This document shows, one piece after another, positions 25,623 to 35,792 of a DNA stretch of 64,000 nucleotides (position 1 is its first letter; the number at the start of each line of letters is the position of its first letter). The stretch spans positions 140,976-204,975 of the forward strand of contig RPGP01000029.1 in assembly GCA_004193555.1 (NCBI GenBank). Reading direction: 5' to 3'. Made by a program: the position numbers and the translations under genes. The notes under the pieces were generated by a model, which made no database searches, was not told the DNA's origin, and saw only the letters and a program-made list of their open reading frames with translations. Source of the stretch: Desulfobacteraceae bacterium Eth-SRB1 (GTDB lineage: Bacteria > Desulfobacterota > Desulfobacteria > Desulfobacterales > ETH-SRB1).

Positions 25623-28600
25623 ATGAAAAATAATAATAGACATAACAATCTTGTTGGAGCTGTAATGGTGGTTGGCGGAGGAATTGCCGGCATCCAGGCA
25701 TCTCTCGATCTTGCCGATTTGGGATATTTTGTTTACCTGGTAGAAAAAAGCGCTTCTATTGGCGGAGTTATGGCCAGGCTGGACAAAACTTTTCCGACCA
25801 ATGATTGCGCCATCTGAATTCTTGCGCCCAAGCTGGTCGAGGCCGGTCGGTCTCCAAATATTAAGATTATCACCAATGCGCAGCTCATGTCAGTGGATGG
25901 CAATGCCGGAAATTTTATCGCCGGCGTCCGTTGCATTCCAAGATATGTGGACGAAAAACTTTGCACAGCCTGTGGAACCTGCACCAGTTACTGTCCTGTA
26001 ACCATCAAGGATCAATTTAACGACGGACTCTCTTTAACAAAAGCCATACATATAGATTATCAGCAGGCCATACCCGCGGCAAACGTTGTGAATGCAGACT
26101 TTTGTCTATTTTTGACAAGGCGTGAATGCAAACAGTGTGAGAGGGTCTGCCTTGCTAATGCTATCGATTTTAAACAGCAGCCGCAGGTTATTGATATAAA
26201 TGTCGGCGCTATTATTCTGTCTCCCGGCTTTGGCAGGATAGATAAAAAAGTCTTATGTAAATATGGTTACGGGATATCTCCCGATGTAATGACCGGTATG
26301 GAATTTGAGCGCATAACATCGGCTTCCGGGCCGTTCATGGGCAAAATTGTCAGGCCCTCAGATGGCCGGCATCCTGAACGGATTGCCTTTTTTCAGTGTA
26401 TCGGCAGTAGAGATCTGCCAAGTGGCAATGGATATTGTTCATCAGTTTGCTGTATGTATGCCATCAAGGAGGCGCTTGTTGCCAAAGACCATGCCCCGGA
26501 TATTGATATAGCCATTTTTTACATGGATATGCGAACCCAGGGCAAGGAATTCGATTATACAAGGATCCGGGCCAGGGAGAAGGGCATCCGTTTTATAAGG
26601 AGTCGCGTCGGCGGTGTTCACGCCAAAGACAAAATTTTCGAAGTTTTTTATGTAAATGAGCAGGGGGAGCATATAAGAGAAGATTTTGATATGATAGTTC
26701 TTCCCGAAGGTCTTGAATCACCAAAGGATGCTAAACTGCTGGCAGGAGCAGCCTGTATTGATTTAAATAAGTATGATTTTTGCATGACCAGCTCATATGC
26801 TCCTCTGGAAGCAAATCGCTCGGGAATATTTGTGGCAGGGGCGTTTCAGGGGCCAAAAGATGTGCCTGAGAGCGTGACAGATGCAAGCGGCGCAGCGGCC
26901 CTTGTCTCGGAACTGCTTTGCAAAGCCAGGGATACCCAGGTTAAAGCACGAATTTATCCCGAAGAGAAAGAGATCGAAAAGGAGCTTCGCATTGGAGTGT
27001 TTATTTGCTCCTGTGGAAGTAATATCGGTGGTGTGGTTGATGTGCCGGCTGTTGCCGGGTATGCAGCCGGTCTTGAAAATGTCGTCGCAGTTGATACAAA
27101 TCTTTATAGCTGTGCTCAAAACACTCAGGAGGCAATTACTGAAAAGATCAAGGTAAATGGATTAAATCGTGTAGTTGTTGCGGCCTGTAGCCCGAGAACA
27201 CACGAGCCCTTATTCCAGGAGACACTTAAAAACGCCGGATTAAACCGGAGCCTGTTTGAAATGGCCAATATCAGGGATCATTGCTCATGGGTTCATGTAA
27301 ATACTCCTGAGGAGGCTACTGAGAAATCAAAGGACCTTGTAAGAATGGCTGTTGCCAAGGCGAGCCTGCTTCAACCTATGAGAGAACAGGAAATTCCCGT
27401 GATACCAAAAGCTCTCGTTATTGGAAGCGGCATTTCCGGGATGACGGCTGCTTTAAGTATCGCCAGGCAGGGTTTTGAGTGTTATCTTGTTGAAAAATCA
27501 CACAAACTCGGAGGCAATATAAAACGTCTTCGGTATCTGATAACCGGCGATGACCCCGGTAGAATTTTTACTGAGCTGGAAAGTGATGTCAGATCAAACC
27601 CTTTAATACATGTATATGAGAATGCTGTTATAGATAACATAACAGGTTATATCGGAAATTTTGCTACTACTTTGCAGATGCCGGAACATTCAGAAATGTT
27701 GGAGCATGGCGTAGTTGTTATAGCAACAGGCGGAATGCCTTATGAGCCCAAACAATACCTTTATGGAAAATCAAAACAGGTTGTCACACAGCTTGAACTG
27801 GAAGAAATGATAGCCGGCGGTAAAGGATTAGAAAATGTTCATGATATCGTAATGATACAGTGTGTCGGTTCCAGAGGTGAAGATCTGTCTTATTGCAGCA
27901 AGGTGTGTTGTTCACAGGCCATAAAAAATGCTTTAAAGATTCTGGAATATAATCCAGCGGCAAATATTACAATCCTTTACAGAGATATCCGCACTTATGG
28001 ATTTGATGAAGACTACTATCAATTAGCCAGGGAAAAGGGGGTAACTTTCATCCGTTTTGAAAAAGATTATCCTCCTGAAGTGACTGAAAAGGATGGTTTT
28101 ATCAATGTAGATGTTTTTGACAGGATATTGGGGGCAAAATTATCTATAAAACCGGATCTAATTATCCTTAGTGTAGGGATAACTCCAGCTCCTGCGCAGG
28201 ATCTGGCTAAAATGCTCAAGATTCCTTTAACCCGGGACGGGTTTTTTCTGGAGGCACACCCAAAACTCAGGCCGGTTGAATTTTCAGTGGAGGGAATCTA
28301 CCTTTGCGGCGCAGCCCATTCACCAAAACCTGTATCAGAGTCTATTGCCCAGGCAAAGGCAGCGGCAGGTAAAGCTTGCGTTCCGTTGACCAGGGGGTTT
28401 GTTGCTGTAGAACCTATTGTATCATCTGTTGATATGGATGCCTGTATCGGATGCAGGATTTGTGAAAGCCTGTGCCCGTATGCAGCTATCAGGATGATAA
28501 AGGCAGGCAAAAGGAAAAAGGCCGAAACTATTTCCGCTTCGTGTAAGGGATGTGGGATATGTGCTTCACACTGCCCGGCAATGGCTATATCAATGGCTGG

Positions 28601-28649
28601 ATTCACTAACGAACAGATTTTGTCACAAATACATGCTTTTGGAGAATGA
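25623..28649 (+). CDS. hdrA: HdrA-like heterodisulfide reductase flavoprotein with two FAD domains; selenocysteine at in-frame UGA 25815-25817
   Basis: ORFs 25623-25817 and 25887-28649 are in the same frame. Reading through gives [18 protein letters not shown], matching the conserved HdrA CSMC-ILxPK site with Cys replaced by Sec. GGGIAGIQ and GSGISGM dinucleotide folds; several CxxCxxCxxxCP motifs. Confidence 0.8.
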
Positions 28650-28652
28650 ATT

Positions 28653-29300
28653 TTGAGCAGTATGATGAAAAATAAATCATTTGAACCAAAAATACTCGGC
28701 TTTCTTTGCAACTGGTGTTGTTATGCAGCCGCCGATTCCGCCGGCATTGCACGATTTCAATATCCGCCCAATATCCGCGTCGTAAGAGTGATGTGTACCG
28801 GAAGAATAGATCCTCTGTTTATTGTCGAAGCCTTTTCTGCCGGCGCAGACGGCGTATTTGTAGGCGGGTGACAGCTCGGTGAATGTCATTACCAGGTTGG
28901 TAATTATGACGCAATGGTAACTGCCTGTTTTATTCAGGAAATATTAAACTGCTTGCAGATAAATTCAGATAGATTGCTTCTGGATTGGGCATCTGCGGCT
29001 GAAGCGCCGCTGTATGTTGAGTTAATAACCGCATTTACAAACCGGATAAAAGAATTAGGGCCTTTAGGGCATGTTGAAGGAATAGAACTTAATGATTTGC
29101 AATCAAAACTTTCAGCGGCCGGCAGGGCTGTTAAAAGTATTAAAATGCGGACACGATTCGCAAAGTTAACCCGGTATTTTCGTGAGTCAAAAGACTACTC
29201 TAAAAGTGTTATTCAGGCCAGAATTGTCGAAAAGCTAAGGGGTCCAATCTGCCAGGAAATTGAAAAGCAGGAAGTAGCAGTTCGGAGGATGGATAATTGA
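28653..29300 (+). CDS. mvhD: MvhD-like (methyl-viologen hydrogenase delta / Hdr-associated) protein; selenocysteine at in-frame UGA 28869-28871
   Basis: ORFs 28653-28871 and 28914-29300 share a frame. Reading through gives [22 protein letters not shown], matching the MvhD GC-HxGDCHY motif. The start may be the ATG at 28662. Confidence 0.8.
28885..28910 (+). promoter_or_regulatory. Candidate bacterial SECIS hairpin 14 nt downstream of the mvhD UGA
   Basis: gtcattacc-AGGUU-ggtaattatgac: a 6-bp upper stem plus a bulged lower stem, with GGU in the apical loop. Confidence 0.45.
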
Positions 29301-31075
29301 CAATTACTTCTCATAAAGTGGACCCGCGATTCAAATTTGAAGTAGCCTCCATGGCAGGTGGTGAACTGGTCAAAGGTTGTTTTGACTGCGGAACATGCAC
29401 TGGTGTATGCCCTGTCAGTGAAGTTGAACCAGGCTTTGATCCAAGAAAAATCCTTCATATGATTCGGCTCGGGCTTAAAGAGCAGGTCCTGAGTTCTACT
29501 GCTATATGGTTTTGCACACACTGTGACACATGCGCATTGGTATGTCCGCAGAATGTGCGGTTCAGCAGCATTGTGGATGTTCTTCGCGAATTAGCTGTCA
29601 AGGAAGGTTATGCGGAACTCAAAACAAAGGAACCATTTGCCACAAGCCCGTGCAAGGCAGCCTGTCCCGCCCATATAAGCATACCTGGTTTTATTGCGGC
29701 AGTTTTACAGGGGAAATACAGAGAAGGCCTGAGGCTGATAAAAGAAGAGATGCCCTTTCCGGCAATTTGCGGTCGTGTCTGTCCCCACCCATGCGAAGCG
29801 GCATGCAACAGGAACAGTTCAGATAAACCTGTAGCAATTGAGTATTTAAAACGTTTTCTGGCTGATGAGGATATTTTGTCGGATGAATCATATATCCCTC
29901 AAAAAAAGCAAAGTAGAACAGAAAAAATCGGTGTTGTCGGATCCGGGCCGGCTGGCTTAACTGTCGCTTATTATCTGTCTATTGAAGGTTATCCTGTTAC
30001 GGTTTTTGAAAAACTCCCTGTAGCAGGCGGCATGATGGCTGTTGGCATACCGGAATTCCGCCTTCCACGAAATATTCTCAACGCTGAAATAGATATTATC
30101 AAGAAATTAGGCGTTGATATCAAACTCAATTTTTCAATCGGAAAGGATTGCAGCCTTGCCGAGCTGCAAAAGAATTATAGAGCCGTTTTTATTGGTGCAG
30201 GATGTTGCAAATCAATGAAACTCGGTATTGCCGGTGAAGATGTCAGAGAAGATGAGGATACAGGTATTATTGACGGTCTTATGTTCTTACAGGATATACA
30301 TCTCGGAAACCTTCCTGCTTCCAGAGGCAGGCTAATTGTTATCGGCGGCGGCAATACGGCGGTTGATTGCGCGCGTGTAGCTATACGGCTGGGTTATAGA
30401 AATGTTGCTGTTTTGTATAGAAGAACCAGGGAGGAGATGCCGGCAAACTCATGGGAGGTTGATGAAACAATTGAGGAGGGAATAGACATTCAGTTTTTGA
30501 CGGCGCCGGTGCGAATTATATCGGATGACGGGAAGGTGTCAGGCGTGGAATGTGTTCGAATGGAATTGGGTGAGCCGGATGAATCAGGAAGACGAAGACC
30601 TGTGCCTGTCCAGGGATCTGAATTTATCGTTAAAACAAACGTTATAGTATCGGCTATCGGACAGACGCCTGATTTGAAATGCATGACTGACAAATGCGAA
30701 ATTAATATTTCAAACAGGGGGCTTGTTGCGGCTGATCTTCAAACAGGCCTTACAAATATTCCCGGAATATTTGCCGGAGGTGATGTGGTCTCAGGCCCCA
30801 GAACGGTCGTGGAAGCGGTTGCGTTTGGGAAAAGAGCGGCGTTAAGTATTGATAAATATTTAAGAGGTAAAGATATTAGCTCGGGACGCAAAATGAATTG
30901 GACTGGAATTAAACTGATATCTAATGAGATAATATATAAGGAAAGGGAGCAAATGCCCCGGCTTCCTCTTGCCGAGTGTACAAAAAGTTTTAAAGAAATA
31001 GAGTCAGGTTTTAACAGGGAACAGGCCAAAAGAGAAGCCGAACGCTGTTTAAAAATATGTGGTCTTCAAAAATGA
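29297..31075 (+). CDS. HdrC-like 4Fe-4S domain fused to a GltD/NfnB-like NAD(P)H:FAD oxidoreductase
   Basis: CFDCGTCTGVCP...CTHCDTCALVCP (HdrC-like); CKAACPAH...CGRVCPHPCEAACNR and VGSGPAGL, GGGNTAVDCAR (GltD-like). The TTG start overlaps the mvhD stop; an alternative ATG is at 29351. Confidence 0.8.
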   Translation: MTITSHKVDPRFKFEVASMAGGELVKGCFDCGTCTGVCPVSEVEPGFDPRKILHMIRLGLKEQVLSSTAIWFCTHCDTCALVCPQNVRFSSIVDVLRELAVKEGYAELKTKEPFATSPCKAACPAHISIPGFIAAVLQGKYREGLRLIKEEMPFPAICGRVCPHPCEAACNRNSSDKPVAIEYLKRFLADEDILSDESYIPQKKQSRTEKIGVVGSGPAGLTVAYYLSIEGYPVTVFEKLPVAGGMMAVGIPEFRLPRNILNAEIDIIKKLGVDIKLNFSIGKDCSLAELQKNYRAVFIGAGCCKSMKLGIAGEDVREDEDTGIIDGLMFLQDIHLGNLPASRGRLIVIGGGNTAVDCARVAIRLGYRNVAVLYRRTREEMPANSWEVDETIEEGIDIQFLTAPVRIISDDGKVSGVECVRMELGEPDESGRRRPVPVQGSEFIVKTNVIVSAIGQTPDLKCMTDKCEINISNRGLVAADLQTGLTNIPGIFAGGDVVSGPRTVVEAVAFGKRAALSIDKYLRGKDISSGRKMNWTGIKLISNEIIYKEREQMPRLPLAECTKSFKEIESGFNREQAKREAERCLKICGLQK

Positions 31076-31086
31076 TGGCTTTGTAT

Positions 31087-31509
31087 CTATAATACCGCAA
31101 CCTTTGGGGCAGTACCTTCTTGAACCCGTGTTTTACCGCGGCGGATCTTGACACGTGGAAAATCGATAGCTGCTTTTTGGGAATAGTCTAATTCCTTTCT
31201 TCCTCTCAATAAGGCTATAAGCAAACCCTCTTCGCGACAGCGACCTTCATGAGCACATTTCATTCGAGTTTTTTCAAAGTAATTAAGGGGGGCAAGGCAG
31301 TTGAATGCACTGGCATTTACGCTGTCTTCCGAATGAGCCATACCATCGTAAACCAGCTTCTTTTTCTTTCGCAGTATTTCTACCCCCAGGGCAAGATCGG
31401 GGCAATCATCCTTAAATCTGGGACATGAGAAGCAGCGCTCATAAAATTTCAGAGGGGCCTGACAGTCAAATTCGAGGGCATGGATTATTCCTGACGTGGC
31501 ATTTTTCAT
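31087..31509 (-). CDS. Cysteine-rich hypothetical protein with an internal duplication
   Basis: Two modules: ALEFDCQAPLKFYERCFSCPRFKDDC... and ASAFNCLAPLNYFEKTRMKCAHEGRC... Confidence 0.45.
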   Translation of the reverse strand: MKNATSGIIHALEFDCQAPLKFYERCFSCPRFKDDCPDLALGVEILRKKKKLVYDGMAHSEDSVNASAFNCLAPLNYFEKTRMKCAHEGRCREEGLLIALLRGRKELDYSQKAAIDFPRVKIRRGKTRVQEGTAPKVAVL

Positions 31510-31869
31510 AATTCATCCTTTTTTAGTTCGGTATTAGTGTTTATATACAACATTAGGCACTTCATATTCTATGCCGAAGATAGAAACCACCTTTCAAAAG
31601 TGTAAACTACTTTTTGGCCTATATGAAAGATGCGCAAAATAATATTATTTTTACTAACTTTTGTTAATATATGTTAGCAATACTAATTGTCAAGTTATTA
31701 TTAATTGTAGCTGTTTACGGCTTGAAATTGGAATTTAGAAATTAAGATTTTTCCCTTTGGTCGAAATGACAAATAACGGCAGTTGTACAAAGCTCTCGAG
31801 TTAACAGTATAAAAAGATAAAGGCCAAATTTCCAATTTCTATTTTCTAATTTCAACGTTCCGTGAACGC

Positions 31870-33171
31870 CTACTTGATCTTTATCCAGAGCAACCTGGCT
31901 AAACCAGGTCCGGGATTTTTCCACTGGGTAGGTATATCGGAGGATAGATAGATAACATCGCGCGCACGAACTGTGTATACAGCCTTATCTAATTTAAGCT
32001 GTAATTTGCCTGACAATAAATAACCGATCTCTTCGCCTTTATGGATGAAGAAATGGGAAGGCAGGGTTTTTTGAGGCGGAATTTTAATTATATATGGTAT
32101 TGCTTTAGGCATAAAGTCCACAGGGGTTAACAGGCTTGCATAAATACTTCCATCCGGCATGTCGGGAAAGTTTACATCAACGGCTTCAGCGTAAGGAAAA
32201 ATCATCCTGTTTGTCATGTCTGCTGATTTTTGGAAAAATGAGCCTACTTCGACGCCAAGAACTTCTGCTATTTTAAGCAGTCCGGGCAACGAAGGATAAA
32301 TTAAATTGCTTTCAATTTGAGAGATCGAACTCGGTGTCACACCTGTGAGTTTTGCCAGCTCTGTTTGGCTCAAGCCTCGCTTTATGCGGAATTCTTTCAG
32401 GCGCAATCCAAGATCAAACCATCCTGTTGAAGGCTTTTCCGAATCAAAGGTAATTCTCAAATCTTTGCTCCGGTAATTAACCGCTTTATTCAGGGTGTCA
32501 AGATCGCGTTTTTCAGCCTTTAAGATTGTCAAAGAGGTTTTGCCTTTCCTGGCTGAAAGCTCAAAGGCGACCTGTGCAATCTGATTGATCTTGGCTCTGA
32601 GACGTGGAGTATGAGCTTTTTTTTCCATTACCCAGTAGGCGATAGTATTCAATTCGTATAATAACGGACAGGAGTGGGAATAAAAATTAATGATATGTTC
32701 CTCCCCGCCCCATAATTCCTGCATTCCGGTCAGGCTTTCGAAAACCAACCGAACATCGCCTGTCGTTGTTTTGTGGATTTCAAAAAAGGCATCTAACACG
32801 CTTTCTACTTTTCGAGGGTCGTTTAAACTAATAATCCGGCATGGGTATTTAACGCTATATTTTTCATAGAAATTTAGAAAAACATCGTAGCCCCCTCCTT
32901 TGCCATAAGTAAAGCAGTCAACAATGGTTAATTGCTTATAATCAGCCAGATGTCCGAGTTTTTCCAGAAGATTTTTCGGGGAACGGTCGAAACTGAAGTA
33001 GATGATTGATTTGTTTTGCGCCTGGGAGGTCTGGATAAAGTTCAGGCAAAATACAGATGCCAGGCTGCCGGCATCATCTTGCCATACTACGTTGTCACCG
33101 ATATAAAGCCCACCAAGAAGGCGATCAAGATGGCTTATTCCGGAAGCCACTCGTATTTTTTCTGAAACCAT
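31870..33171 (-). CDS. Regulator with a degenerate KaiC/RecA-like domain + XRE HTH + cupin
   Basis: SGISHLDRLLGGLYIGDNVVWQDDAGS (KaiC-like fold with no GxxGxGKT); LSQTELAKLTGVTPSSISQIESN (XRE); C-terminal cupin (HFFIHKGEEIGYLLSG). Start taken at MVSEK; the 33258 ATG lies inside the glnA coding sequence. Confidence 0.65.
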   Translation of the reverse strand: MVSEKIRVASGISHLDRLLGGLYIGDNVVWQDDAGSLASVFCLNFIQTSQAQNKSIIYFSFDRSPKNLLEKLGHLADYKQLTIVDCFTYGKGGGYDVFLNFYEKYSVKYPCRIISLNDPRKVESVLDAFFEIHKTTTGDVRLVFESLTGMQELWGGEEHIINFYSHSCPLLYELNTIAYWVMEKKAHTPRLRAKINQIAQVAFELSARKGKTSLTILKAEKRDLDTLNKAVNYRSKDLRITFDSEKPSTGWFDLGLRLKEFRIKRGLSQTELAKLTGVTPSSISQIESNLIYPSLPGLLKIAEVLGVEVGSFFQKSADMTNRMIFPYAEAVDVNFPDMPDGSIYASLLTPVDFMPKAIPYIIKIPPQKTLPSHFFIHKGEEIGYLLSGKLQLKLDKAVYTVRARDVIYLSSDIPTQWKNPGPGLARLLWIKIK

Positions 33172-33229
33172 TGAACCCTCATATTTAATATGATAAAAGT
33201 CTTTTCGGTTTTTTCCTAAAATATTCGGT

Positions 33230-34642
33230 CTATATGTCAAAGTAAAGAAAGAATTCATGTGGATGCGGACGAAGTTTAACAGGATTTACTTCGTGTTCAG
33301 TCTTGTATTCAATCCACGTATCAATAACATCCTGAGTAAAAACATCACCTTTCAGCAGGAAAGCGTTGTCTTCTTTTAAGGCGGTAAGAGCCTCTTCGAG
33401 AGAGCCCGGAGCAGATGGTATATTGGCAAGCTCTTCCGGCGGAAGGCCGTATATGTCTTTGTCTAACGGTTCACCCGGATCAATCTTGTTTTCGATGCCG
33501 TCTAATACAGCCATAAGAATAGCTGAAAAGGCCAGATAACCGTTACAGGACGGGTCAGGAGTTCTGAATTCAATCCGTTTTGCCTTTGGTGATGCAGAGT
33601 ACATCGGGATGCGGATTGCCGCGCTCCGGTTGCGGCTTGAGTAGGCCAGATTTACAGGCGCCTCAAAGCCGGGGACAAGCCGTTTATATGAGTTTGTAGT
33701 TGGATTCGTAAGCGCACAAAGCGCCCTGCAGTGTTTCAATATTCCTCCGATTCCGTAAAGAGCTTCCTGAGAAACCCCGGCATACTTATCACCTGCAAAT
33801 AAGGGCTCTCCATCTTTCCAGATGCTGATATGTGTATGCATTCCGGTGCCGTTATCTTCAAAAAGAGGTTTCGGCATAAATGTGACCGTACGATTATCCC
33901 GTTGGGCCACATTTTTCAGCACATACTTAAACCACATGAGCTGGTCACCCATTTGAACAAGCGGTTTAAAGCGCATATCAATCTCCGCCTGGCCGGCTGT
34001 TGCGACTTCATGATGCTGACATTCAACATCTATCCCCAGTTTTTCAAGTGTAAGAAGCATTTCGGTTCGAAGATCCTGGAACTTATCGGTGGGCGGAACA
34101 GGAAAGTATCCCTGTTTATGTTTGGGCTTATACCCTAAATTAGGAAATTCTTCCCTGCCGCTGTTCCAGATTCCTTCTACAGAATCAATTTCATAGAAGG
34201 ATCCGTTTGTTGAGGAATCAAAACGGACATCATCGAAGATAAAAAATTCAGCTTCAGGACCGATGTATGCTGTGTCGCCAATTCCGCTGCCTTTCAGGTA
34301 TAGTTCAGCCTTTTTAGCAATATAGCGCGGGTCGCGAGAATAAGGTTCACGAGTAAGCGGGTCGGCTATATCTCCGATAAGAACCAGAGTTGGAACCTCA
34401 AAAAATGGATCCATTTTTGCTGTTGAAGGGTCTGGTATCACAAGCATGTCGCTGGCATGAATCGGCTGCCATCCCCTGATGCTTGAACCGTCAAACCCGA
34501 AACCATCCTCAAAGCCGGACTCATTAAGTTCGCATATAGGCACGGTAAAATGCTGCCATACCCCCGGAAAGTCAAGAAATCGTAAATCAACAACCCTGGC
34601 CTCATTTTCTTTTGCCATTTCCAATACCTGTTTTGGTGTCAT
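33230..34642 (-). CDS. glnA: Glutamine synthetase type I, copy 1
   Basis: [33 protein letters not shown] and [11 protein letters not shown] motifs. Start at MTPKQ with RBS caggagat. Confidence 0.93.
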   Translation of the reverse strand: MTPKQVLEMAKENEARVVDLRFLDFPGVWQHFTVPICELNESGFEDGFGFDGSSIRGWQPIHASDMLVIPDPSTAKMDPFFEVPTLVLIGDIADPLTREPYSRDPRYIAKKAELYLKGSGIGDTAYIGPEAEFFIFDDVRFDSSTNGSFYEIDSVEGIWNSGREEFPNLGYKPKHKQGYFPVPPTDKFQDLRTEMLLTLEKLGIDVECQHHEVATAGQAEIDMRFKPLVQMGDQLMWFKYVLKNVAQRDNRTVTFMPKPLFEDNGTGMHTHISIWKDGEPLFAGDKYAGVSQEALYGIGGILKHCRALCALTNPTTNSYKRLVPGFEAPVNLAYSSRNRSAAIRIPMYSASPKAKRIEFRTPDPSCNGYLAFSAILMAVLDGIENKIDPGEPLDKDIYGLPPEELANIPSAPGSLEEALTALKEDNAFLLKGDVFTQDVIDTWIEYKTEHEVNPVKLRPHPHEFFLYFDI

Positions 34643-34708
34643 AATTTGAATCTCCTGATTATATAAATTGTTAAATATTTGAGTCCACTCGACCACTCAA
34701 CCACTTAA

Positions 34709-35071
<363 letters not shown>

Positions 35072-35082
35072 TCAAATTTTGA

Positions 35083-35220
35083 TAAATTCGTAAAAAGTCG
35101 AAAAGTTCTCTTTTCCATCATTCCGGCGAAAGTCCGCCAAAGCGCTCTGGCGGATAAATTCAATGCGTTCTGGATGCCGGATCAAGTCCGGCATGACGAT
35201 TTCGAGACTTTTTACGAGTT
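35083..35220. repeat. Palindromic element with tcgtaaaaagtc-type arms and inner hairpins
   Basis: aaattcgtaaaaagtcgaaa ... tttcgagactttttacgagttt. Inner hairpins tccgccaaagcgctctggcgga and gccggatcaagtccggc. Confidence 0.7.
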
Positions 35221-35330
35221 TATCATTTAAAAATAACCATGAAAAATTCATTTATCATATATTAAATTGTAAAGTTTTTTCAACATATGATATTAAAAAT
35301 TCGAAAAAGAATTTTTTTAAATAGCTTTTC

Positions 35331-35346
35331 AGCAATAGATATGCCA
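35331..35346 (-). promoter_or_regulatory. Canonical sigma54 promoter TGGCAT-atcta-TTGCT upstream of glnB copy 1
   Basis: The reverse complement of agcaatagatatgcca gives GG/GC spacing that fits TGGCAC-N5-TTGCW. Identical 18-mer to 42161-42178. Confidence 0.65.
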
Positions 35347-35792
35347 TAAAAGTGAAAAAATGGAGGTTATACAGGCTTCGGATACAGAAAATACGGATTT
35401 CAGGCCATTGCAAGGAGTGCAACGACGAAGCAGTCATTTGATAAACTCGTAAAAAGTCGAAATCCAGTCAATTTTTGATGCATTCGTAAAAAGTCAAAAA
35501 GGCGCACTTTCGTTATTTTTGGAAAGCTTGGAATAAAATAATTACAAATAGTTATCTCTGTGTTCTCTGTGCGCTCTCTGGTAAATGGTACTTTTTACGA
35601 ATTCAAAAAGGGAGGTAGCTGCTATGCTGCCCTTGTAGCAGCGCCGAACCCCATTGACAATGGGAAACAAATTGTCATTTCGAACGAATGTGAGAAATCT
35701 TAGCATTAAGTAGCGTGGGGCCTTTGTGCCCCACAGAGCATCGGGACCGTCTCCCCGACCAGACAACCAGATCATGTCCGGGAGCTTCAAAC

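Noticed and set aside
25623-25817. A stand-alone 64-aa ORF, with 25887-28649 as a separate gene (and likewise 28653-28871 and 28914-29300).
   Set aside because: Each pair is in the same frame and separated only by one TGA. The TGA falls exactly on a conserved Cys position of HdrA or MvhD. Selenocysteine recoding explains this better than four separate genes or two pseudogenes.
33172-33258. N-terminal extension of the KaiC-like/XRE/cupin ORF, overlapping glnA by 29 nt.
   Set aside because: The ATG at 33258 is created by the glnA codons ...cAT GAA..., and the same string occurs at the end of glnA copy 2 where no such gene follows. The MVSEK start at 33171 is more plausible.
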